Notes under the pieces: generated by a model
Database searches by the model: none
The model's input: the letters and a program-made list of their open reading frames with translations, nothing else
Told to the model about the DNA's origin: nothing
Shown here: in pieces, positions 53,571 to 64,000 of the stretch
Position numbering within the stretch: the first letter of the stretch is position 1
Layout of the letters: each line of letters starts with the position of its first letter
Assembly: GCA_951406725.2 (NCBI GenBank)
Contig: OX597818.1
Coordinates: 12,400,001 to 12,464,000 of the forward strand
From: Octopus vulgaris
Taxonomy: Eukaryota
Reading direction: 5' to 3'
DNA: 64,000 nucleotides
Program-made: the position numbers and the translations under genes

Positions 53571-54497
53571 TGCACCGGCATCTCTTCAGTTATCGATGTA
53601 ATTAAAATATGCTATGAAAATGACTGTTAAACAAAGGGAAATTATTATATAATGACCGTTATTAAGACAATGAGTCCACGTACAAGCCTTGTATCTCTCT
53701 ATATTTTATATATATATTTCGTATATATTTTTTTACATATATTTTATATAATTTCACACTTTTTCCCTGTATTTTACCTTATACCCTGCTTTTTTCTTGT
53801 GCATGTGCTTATATAGACGTGTATACGAAACTTTTGTGCGTGTGTGTGTGTGCGGGTATGTATATATGCACATATATATGCACATGTGTATGGTTGCATA
53901 TATACGTGGCAGTCCACGCGATCGTAAGTGAGCATATGCATATATAGCATGCATGTATTTTAGACGTGCATTTGAATATAATGGTGCGCGTATGGTTACG
54001 TGCACTTGTGTGTGTGTGTGTATGCACATATAGGTATGTGCACGTATGTGTGTGCATGTGTGTGCGCGCGTGTGTGTGTAGAGTTGTATACGTGTACATG
54101 CATGGTTACATGTATATGTGCATCTATTTGGCGCATGTGTGTTTCATGCGAGTCTGAGTGAGCATATGCATATAAACACATGTACGTAGGTGTGCGTGCA
54201 CGCATGTGTATGTATGTACATGCGCCCACACGCGATTGGTATGAGCTTTCTTACTCCTTTACTTTCTTCTTCCTCCCCTTCGGTCTTTTCCCTTATTTAA
54301 CGGTCATTTTCATAGCATATATTAACTGCCTCGATAACTGAAGAGATGCCGGTGTAGGTTTCCGCCTCGACATCCGAAACGCGGAATTTTATTATGGCAA
54401 CCGAATAATTGTCACATATTATATTACAAATAAATTCCTCATTTACATAATATCGAGGTCTTTTTCATTCTTTTGTTGTCTTACCATTACTATTAAT
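53571..54497. mobile_element. Penelope-like termini in inverted arrangement (about 69-bp arms at 53571-53640 and 54288-54356), degenerate HHR in the right arm
   Basis: The arms are reverse complements. The right arm reads auaa-CUGAAGA-gaug...cauc-c-GAAA-cgcg-GA (U16.1 mutated) at about 54333-54393; the left arm is truncated inside stem II. Confidence 0.7.
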
Positions 54498-54527
54498 ATG
54501 TATATATATATATATATGTATATATAC

Positions 54528-54867
54528 TTATAACGGAGATGTACCTGCATAGCAAGTGCCTTTATTTGAGATCGTGTGCTGAAACGAAAACAGCGTGGAA
54601 GATGTTTATAAGCCATTCAAGAACCCACAAAAACCTTTAGATTTACTCTAACATTTCAATTTAAATAGTGTCAAAATATTTTCGCTGATTTGAAACCGCG
54701 ACCTGTTCACTGAGATGCAGCACGAAGTTTCCTCAGTGAACTGGTCGCGGGTGTAAAGCTACGGAAATATTTTGACAAAAATTAAATTTCAATGTTGAAG
54801 TGAATCTAACGTTTATTTGTGTTCTTAGATGGCTTATAAACATCTTCAACGCTGAAATTGTTTTTGT
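54528..54867. mobile_element. Head-to-head palindromic non-coding element with an HHR-like motif in each arm
   Basis: 54580-54714 is the diverged reverse complement of 54732-54867; third copy at 3657-3843; flanked by (TA)n. Confidence 0.75.
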
Positions 54868-54888
54868 ATATATAAATATATTTCTCTC

Positions 54889-54982
<94 letters not shown>

Positions 54983-56195
54983 CATACATATACGTGTATG
55001 CGTGTGCGTATGTTTGTGATTTTATGTACATCCATAATGTATATGCACAGGTTTAGGTATGTGTATTTTTGCGTGTCTCTGCACCTGATGCGCATATGTC
55101 CAATTTGCTTGTTTTTTTGTGCTTGATTCCATAATCATCCGGTGTATAATTATCCAAGCAGTATATACATATGCATATGTCTCACTGTGCCTGTCTCTCA
55201 AATTTATATAATTGTTTTCTCTCTGCATATATAGTGTATATTTGTGTGCATGTTAAGGCTTCACAGTAACCACGTTTATGAAACAAACATTATTCAAAAC
55301 TTTTGAAGCGTTTTCATCGTCCATAGGTTTTGCTATGGTTATCGTTGGCCCGAAGAATAGCCTGCAGTATACACCTCGCTTGAATATTTACCACTACTGA
55401 GGTTTCGCTCGCTATGAAACAAGTGTAACCCGGATCTTATCTATTCCATTCCTTAACTCTTGTATACATATGCATTAATGTTTCTTACTTAGAGGTACTT
55501 AAAAAAATTGAAAGTAAATTTCTTGTAAGATTATTTCCGTAAAATATACCAGAATTCGGGTTTCGATCTGTTTATGTTATGATTTTTGAAAATTTGATTT
55601 TCGTTATTTGAAGTTTTTGTTATTCTGAGTTTACCATCTTTTAATATTCGCTGTTGTAGCTTTCGAGATTTTGTCTCAAAACCTTTGGTACATGTTCTCT
55701 TTCGTAGTTAAGAAGACAAGCCTTTACAGCACCACTTTGGCAGTAAGTTGAACATTTGATGGGAATATTGGTATTTATGCGTTTTAATTCCATTATGTTT
55801 AATTCCATTATGTTTCGTCTCCGTTTTGCACGTTTAATGTATGGCCATTTATAGTATATTTTTCTTTATAATGCTCATGGTGTAAATGCATCTGCTACAT
55901 TTATTTCTTAAATGTTTATATGAAAATGATGTTTTTCTAAATCAGAGTTATAATGAGTCTCTTTCCAAGACATATTACACATAGAATGGAGAGTCCGTAC
56001 TTTTTTCATCGTCCATCGTCAATACACAATATATCCCTTGAACACCTCTGTGTGGTACAATTATTTACAGCATATTGTAGTTGCAAGACCTCAACAACAC
56101 GTCTTCTCTGCCAGATATAAGCAAAATTTGTCGAACATAATTTTGGTGAATTAATTTAACCATTTAATATTTTTTAATTATAAAATACACACATA

Positions 56196-57064
56196 TGTGG
56201 TCTGATCAATAAGTATATGGAATATTGCCAAAGTAACAATGCTAATGCACGCAAAGTAAAGCCGCTTAGTACAGATAGACATTGAGCACTGCTGTGCATA
56301 GGCACTAAGTTTTAACGTTCTAGCTTACTTCCACTGCTTACAGCAGTGCTTGGAAGGGAATGTGTGTAGCGTGTGATCGTCGCATTGACCATGACAGAGA
56401 ATGCTGAGCGGAGAATCTGCATCAAAATTTGCCAAAAGCTTGGCGATATCTGCTCAGATGCCTACGCAAAGTTTTCAGAAAGTCTTCATCGTTCTCGACA
56501 CAATCAAGAAGATCTTGTGCAATTGAAACCCGAGTGTCTTTTTGATCAGCTGAAAGCAGTTTCAGCACAAACTTAGCTAATACGCGTCTAATACGAAAAT
56601 CTTCAGTGATAATGGACTGAACTGAACCGTAACTAATCTGCACATTCCCTGATAACTCACGGATGGTGATTCGACGATTTCCCCCTCACAAGTGCAGGCA
56701 CATTTGCGATGTTTTTCTCAGTTTTGCTGGTTGCAGGTCTCCCAGAACGTTTGTCAATATTGACATTTTTCGGCCATCTTAGAAACGTCTGAACCACTCG
56801 TACAGTTGTGTGCGACTCATACTCTCCTCTCCATACACAGGTATCAGCATGACAATTTTCCCTGTCATGGTCAATGTGACTATCATACGCTATACACCTT
56901 CTTTTGAAGCACTGCTGTAGACAGCAGAAGTGAGCTACAACTTAAAAATATTCAAGGCGTATGCACAGTAGAGTTCAAGGTCAATCTGAGCCGAGCAGCT
57001 TTACTCTACGTATTGTATCTTCGTTACTATGACAACATTCTGGATAGTTATAGATCAGACCTCG
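56196..57064 (-). mobile_element. Second copy of the fold-back mariner derivative
   Basis: TA-tgtggtctgatc ... gatcagacctcg-TA; colinear with 19793-20670, including the internal junction; QISYGSVQSIITEDFRIRRVLAKFVLKLLSADQKDTRV. Confidence 0.9.
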
Positions 57065-57088
57065 TACACATCTATCTATCTATCTATA

Positions 57089-57191
<103 letters not shown>

Positions 57192-57489
57192 ACGTATGTG
57201 TGTACTTTTTACCCTCTCTTGTTTCAGTCAGTGGATGTGGCTATACTGGGACTCCGTGTCTGCTGTGGTGAGGTTTATTTCACGACCACTTTCCAGCCTA
57301 TTCTCTGAAATGTTTTTGGTGAAGGAGTGAGATGGTTAGAACTAGTATTTTCCCTGTCGAAATGTGAGTTCATTTGGTCCCGCAGATAAAAATACTCTTT
57401 GAACACATATCTCGCAGGTCTCGTAGGGTTCTAGAATTTAGAAAAGATGCAGGCCTTTGAATTCTAACCTGGTACATGTTGGATTTCAA

Positions 57490-57640
57490 GCATTACTCAC
57501 TTTTGCTCGCTGGGTGGTGGACTTGAGCTACGTGAAATGAAGTGTTTTGCTTAAGCACACAACGCATCGTTCGGTCCAGGAATCGAAGCTACAATCTTAC
57601 GATTGTGAGTCCAAAACTCCAACCACTGCTCCACATACCC
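57490..57640 (-). mobile_element. SINE family C, 5' part
   Basis: cattactcactttttg...gtggact..agctacgtgaaatgaagtgttttgcttaag...ggtccaggaatcgaa is the reverse complement of the 35127 copy. Confidence 0.75.
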
Positions 57641-60600
57641 CTTGCACCCATGCATACGTATGGATATATGCTAAGATATGTGTTTGTGTGTATATGTGTG
57701 TGTGTATGTGTGCATTTGAAAAGTAACTTTTATAAGTAATACCTTCCTGAATATGTAATTAAAACGATAAAAATAAATTGATAATGTACATGTCGTAAAT
57801 CTATGAAATCTTTTAATGAGAAACAATGTTATCTTTTCAGTTTTCTTTTGAAACTTTATATACTCGACACATAGCGCTGATTCTAATTACAGTCTTCGAT
57901 AATTAGGATGTTCTGCGCAAATTAGAAGAAATCAGAAATGAAAAATAACAAGAGGAACAACATTAAAAATGTTCATATTGAAGATATTCACTGAATAATT
58001 GCAACAGAGATGTGAATATAGCATAATGGTAAGGAACAAAAAACCCAATTACTTACTTTGTAACAATAACAACGTGGACGAATTACAAGTTGGTTTCGTC
58101 CGAGTATTTTTTCAATAATATATAATTTGATATAATTTAATAACGGAAAGAAAAGAAACTTTTAAAGAATGAAAATTGAATAATGGAATTGAATACTTTT
58201 TATCAACAAACCAAGTCACTATATGTTGGCAACGCCATATTTATACCAAACACAAAAAAAGCCATGGAAAACGTTGTTAGTACCATTAACATATACATAC
58301 ACAATCTCCGTTATTCTCACAACACATAAATTCTGATACACTGGTATTTTCTTTCCGTATATTTTCACAATATATCATCGAGATTTTTGAAGATACTTAT
58401 ACAATGAGGTTGAAGATGATATTGAATATACTACAAAGTGTTCCAGAAAGCATTTGAGTCCTCTATACTTGTTTTTATCGTCCTTATTATTGAAATAAAA
58501 AAAAGAACAATTGATCTACATGATATTTAAAACAACTACATAAAACTAATGTGGTTAAAATCATAATATGATGCTAGAAATAAAATAAAAAGAGCATATA
58601 TTTATTTAAATAATCCACATAATAAAATTCAAAGATGCACAAAAGCGATTGATCACTAGAATACATTTCTGTTCACCTTTTCTTGGTTTCAAAATATATA
58701 TTATTATCGTGAACAGATCAGATACTATTTCCTTAACACTTGTCGGTTACCATGCCATCAATTCATTAATTCGTTTTATTTGTTTTAAATACAACACCCG
58801 TTTTATAGAATTTACATTTCATATTGAAACCAAACAAGAATTAGTTAAATAAACTATAGTACCGGTGTTTTTTTATTTAAATGCAATTCACACTTAACAC
58901 AAATAGATGATGTTATGCACAGTCTGAAAAATCACAAGGATGTTTGAAATAATATATATATAGTCGCTTATGTAGTATACAGTATGAATGTATGATACTG
59001 ATTCTAATTGTTTACAGTCAAATGTCTGTTTTAGTACTCAAATCAAATTTTCATCTCGTTTTGTAAATGTCTCAACCTGGAAGTGAATGACATCACCAAA
59101 ATTAGTTTTTAAAATATAATGACTTTAAGTATTTTCAGATTAATTTATAATTTATACTTCATGTTTTAAACATTATCACAATATATTTTTTAAATGAAAA
59201 TACTGAATGATATATTTATAAATGTGATTGATTAAAAAGAACAATCGTTTTGATTTGAAACAGGAGAAAAGAAACGATTTGAAAAATATACAACAGATTA
59301 GATGAGAAGGGGAATTAGACAGATGCTGGAGACAGCTATATTTCATTGTTTATATTTTCTGTCACTCTTATTTTTAGGACGCTAGCTTCGTTAGTAACAA
59401 TCGAACGAATATTAAACTAGAACTATTTCAGTCAAGGTAGCAAATTTCAAATTAAGCATTGAACGATTCATAAACTATTGAATGGTGGATGTTACAAAAA
59501 TGGTTAAATGTATTCATGTGAATGATGACGAAATTGCAACACGTCCAGTAAAGAATCACGCGGAAACATTTTCTGAAAAGTGGCAGAGTTCTTGCAAATT
59601 TCTTGGTAACATTATTAAATTATAATTTGCTTATTAATTATTAAGAGATTAGAAATCGGTATATACAGAATTGCAATTTGTGTCACTTTTTCTCATTGTC
59701 GTTTTATTTAATAAAATACTAGAAAAGCAATGTGGGGCTCTTGCATTTTACTAAGAATATTGGAGTTGCAACTGATACGATTTGGATTCAAACAACAATT
59801 TAAAATGTGGCCTCGGCTTGACGATACTACCAATATTATTTGATTTGAATACTATCAAACATTAGTTTACTCTTACTTTCTTTCTAATTTGTTATAATGT
59901 ATTCATTCGCACGTTCATTCCTTTTTGCTTCATTTAGTTTAAAATTTACATTTTTGTCAATCTTTTTTTCACATAATTTACGCTTTTCATTAATTTTTTC
60001 AGTATTTGATGTTTGATGTTCACAACAAAGTGCAATCAAAGTATCTAACTAGTATATTTATTTGAGGACACCAGTGCAGCAACAATGATATCTCTAGTTT
60101 TGATTGTAAAGAAGGTTAACTGCTATCGACCAAAGGTACTGGAGATTGGAAAAGACAGGTTTTACAAGGGGTTCTTTTCCGAACTAGGGTTTGAAATATT
60201 ACCACAACCAAACTTAAATATCCTGGCTATTTTGTTAGAATTGATTATCTTAAATAATTTTTAGCTATGAGAATCTCACAATAAGTGATCAAACTAAGAG
60301 TTTCACATGACTGCATAGTGGCACAAAATTTTGAAGAGGATTTTAGAAGATTGACTTGAGCTAATACTTGACACATATTTATTATTTAGAGTTGAGAATT
60401 GAAGTTGAAAGAAATGCGGTCCACTAAAATACCTATCAGTTCCATCCTTCGAGAAATTACAGTATTAATGTCTTACCTTGTTCAGTGTCCTATATTTACA
60501 GAGAAGGGCTGTAGTCGATTTAAAGCAATTCAGCAGGATTTGAATTCAGAATATAAAGAAATAAAACTGAATATCAGAATACATTGTTTCAAGCAATCCG

Positions 60601-61647
60601 CCGATCTTTAGTTCTTCCACCCATTTTACTTATTATATTGACCTCTAACAGTTGATACAAAACTTCTTATTTTCGGTAAGGAGTATTGACGATGTTTTCC
60701 AATTCCAGTACAACATCACTACGTTATCAATACTGGAGGGCTAAAATTCAAATACCGCCTTAGAGAGATTCAGGCTTAAAATACTACGTGACACAATCAT
60801 ATCCCTCAAGACATTTTGTTTGTCGTTTACCGATTCTGGCAATTGTAATTAGTAACAACAATAGCCGTAAGGGTTATTTTGACAATTAATTATTACAATG
60901 ACTTTCATAACATTTATGTTGATAAAGATACCACCAATGTAATATGTGTTAGAATAACAACAATAAAAATATCACAAAATAAGAACGTATCAACATATGT
61001 GTGATATCGTAAGAGCAAGAGAAAACGCATCCCTAAAATAACTATAGCTACATATAGTGTGACGTTTTATTGGTGATAGTCATTGTTTATCTCCAGATCA
61101 CTCATGAGCGAGCAAAGATTTGATAAAGGGTATTTCAGCTACGACAATCCCATTTTTTATTAGACGCTGTTTATAAAAGACTTGGTGCGTCGTTCCATAT
61201 CGTTAAAGAGGTGCTCTCTTTGGCTCGTTATTGGTTGAATTTATATTAGAAAAACTAGGAAAATTGTGGTATTCATATGTTTCTCGAGGACATTCTACGT
61301 TAAGTTGATTCGTTAGAATAGAAATGGAAGTTTTGAGATCACTACATTTTGTTTTAAAAATATAAGTATTGTCATATAGTCAAGTAGGCAGCATGTCAGT
61401 TGAGTAGCATACAAGCCAATGATTCGCATTCTATCAATAGGGCTACGCTGCCTCGTAACAGAGGTCTTTAGACTAGGGTGGCTGTTTTAAACTCTTAACT
61501 CCATCTTACACTGTTTTCAGTCAATTTCATGTCTTCTCCCATTTATACTCCCCCACCCATTTCTTGATGCTGCATAGCTCTTTTACTAGAGATGCTCATG
61601 CATGATCATATTTTCAAAACGGCAGGTTGTTATGGGGTGAAGATATT

Positions 61648-62043
61648 CTTTTCTACTCTAGGCACAAGGCCCGAAATCTTTGGGGAGGGTGTCGGTCGAT
61701 TAGATCGACCCCTGTACGCAACTGGTACCTAATTTATTGACCCCGTAGGGATGAAAGGTAAAGTCGTTCTCAGCGGAATTTGAACTCAGAGCGTAAAGAC
61801 AGACGAAATACCTATTTCTTTACTACGCACAAGGGGCTAAACACAGAGAGGACAAAAAAGGACAGACAAACGGATTAAGTCGAGTATATAGACGCCAGTG
61901 CGTAACATATACTTATTTAATCGACCCCGAAAGGATAAAAGGCAAAATCGACCTCGGCGGATTTTGAACTCAGAACGTAACGGCAGACGAAATACTGCTA
62001 AGCATTTCACCCGGTGTGCTAACGTTTCTGCCAGCTCACCGCC
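61648..62043 (-). mobile_element. SINE family A, dimeric body, 18-bp TSD with one mismatch
   Basis: TSD ttatggggtgaa(g/a)atatt at 61630-61647 and 62044-62061; two body units. Confidence 0.92.
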
Positions 62044-62620
62044 TTATGGGGTGAAAATATTGTATACTTTGTTGTAAAAAGATAACCGTGGCGTGTAGGT
62101 TTGCTCCGGTTAACAACAAATGGGACTAATCTATAATTAACAGTTGGTTTATGTCGCTTAGATTAAGTACATGCTTGAGTAATCTACTAGCATAGGAAGA
62201 TTAAAAAGCGACTGATTGAACAGCGTACGAGATAAAAGAAGACCGCTTCATAGTCTCCTCACCGGAAGGCGATCCTAAATGAGACATAAATTCCTCAATG
62301 TAGTATTTGCAGTATTTACATAAAATTAAAACATAATTGGAAGACAAAAACAATCGATCGCTTTTATAACAGGTAATCACAAATATAAACATAAATATTT
62401 TGTTCAAGGATAAATATAAATTATTTTCTCACGGATTATTAAGAGAATTAATATTAAGTAGTACATCGTCATATTTTCCACTGTAGTAACTATCTTTCTT
62501 TAGGCAATAGGTATTCATGTTGTTCAAGGACATATGGAACTTATGATAGAGATACCTTTCTGTAAGATGACTAAAGAGGACACGAAGCAGGTTTGTAAAC
62601 AGTATCATGCTATTGAGTAA

Positions 62621-64000
62621 TCTATATATATAAAGAGGAGAATGTGTGTGTGTGTGCGTGCGTGTGTGTGTGTCTGTCTGTGTGAATCCCTAAAACTCGA
62701 GAACTACGCAACTGATTTCATTCAAATTTTACACATGCCTTACTTAGGGTTCATGCAGTGTCATGTGCCGCAAAATGTTCAACTTCTTCCCTAATGCGAG
62801 CCCAGAGCAATCTCTGATCTCTTACATTATTTCAATAATACGTCTCTATTATAATGTGAGATAATACTTTCAGTTTGAAAGAAGTCTCTCCTATATATAT
62901 TCCTTATGCATTCCAAAAACCGAGTTACCGATTTTGAAGTATGAGGTTTCAAAAGATTCAGTACCATTTCGGCTACAAGCTAAATTTAATTTCCATTCAC
63001 ATATTTAAATTAAAAAAAAAATTAACATAATCTTTTCCATAAATCAACTACCGTAAGCATTTTATACGATGACGACGATGATGTCACATTTTCTATATGT
63101 GTGTGTACCTTAAAAGACATCAATCATCACGAGACACACCTTCACGCACGCGCTCTACTTCTCACTCATTTTCTCTCTTTGTCTCTCTCACACACGCGGA
63201 CGCGCGCACACACACGTCCATTTCATATACACGTACATAAATCTTTCAAATTCTCATCTCCTTCACTTTCTTTCTTTCTGTCCTTTTCGCTTTCTCTTCT
63301 TTCAATTACTGCTCTCTTCAAATAAATTTTACGCAATGAGCGGGAGAAACATAAAAAAAGAAAAAGATATAGGCAAGAGAAAGAAACGGAGACAGAAAAC
63401 AAGTTTCTATAGCTGACTGACATAACGAACGGCTGGAGGTGAAACTCTTGACAAAAACAATAAGGTGACAGGTCCAAGGTATATATAAATACACATTTAC
63501 CGTTCAATTGCCAGTTAATAATTATCGCAGCGGTTGCAAGGTTGCAAGGTATTTAAAGTTAGATATTTCCAATTAAATTAACCTATAATAGACGTGCTTA
63601 ATATATATATTAAGAAATTTATCTATATTAATTATTGTGGCACTTACCGTTAAATTAGCAGTTCATACATGTGTTTCTATTTAGTTAATTTATACTGCAT
63701 ACACAAATAAAAACATACTATACACGCACAACTGCTTACAAAATTAGGGATTAATGTATAATTTTTTCTATGTTCATAATTTTTTGTTTTCAATATTGAA
63801 AAAAATATGCCACCAAAGAAAAGACGTAATTTCACCAGAAACAAGTATAAAGCAAGGGGGATTATAGAAAACCTCAATAAAGAAGGGAGATGAGACCTTC
63901 TCAAGTTCAGGAAAGGCATGCTGCTGCACGTCAGATAGAGTCTCAAGAGAGAAGGGGATGAGACTTTCCCAAGATCAGTAGATCAGCAAATGCATGCTGC
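62621..64000 (+). mobile_element. Helitron-like element 5' portion, running off the window; degraded Rep/helicase N-terminal repeat region
   Basis: 5'-TCtatatatataaag + (GT)n; ATG at 63807 gives MPPKKRRNFTRNKYKAR..., then two decayed repeats (RLSQ.Q.RHAAARQIESQE-like). No catalytic motifs within the window. Confidence 0.5.

Noticed and set aside
59378-59436. Possible + strand exon (tttttAG ... AG|GTAGCA)
   Set aside because: Short, weak donor, and no linked exons or recognisable protein.

Overview
AT-rich, repeat-dense eukaryotic genomic DNA. The SINE families and the microsatellite load resemble an octopus/cephalopod genome (inference, not database-checked). No intact host protein-coding gene can be supported, and most ORFs in the track are microsatellite artefacts. 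The window contains many tRNA-derived SINEs of three families, degraded LINEs (CR1/L2-group, RTE, Dong/R4-like, CRE-like), two Ty3/Gypsy remnants, a Penelope-like GIY-YIG remnant, fold-back Tc1/mariner derivatives and Helitron-like ends. The most notable signal is a set of type I hammerhead ribozymes (HHR) with the palindromic minimal stem III typical of Penelope-like elements and retrozymes. Three have intact cores: 1395-1478 (-), 8912-9007 (-) and 9193-9285 (+). The last two are the arms of a young 170-bp inverted repeat, giving one ribozyme per strand. Several degenerate HHR copies are also present, including a family whose core reads GUGAACA (an apparent compensatory G3:C8 swap). Several of these elements share a head-to-head, tails-out palindromic layout beside TA microsatellites. 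One Cys-rich candidate exon (32977-33168, -) lies in a repeat-poor island.
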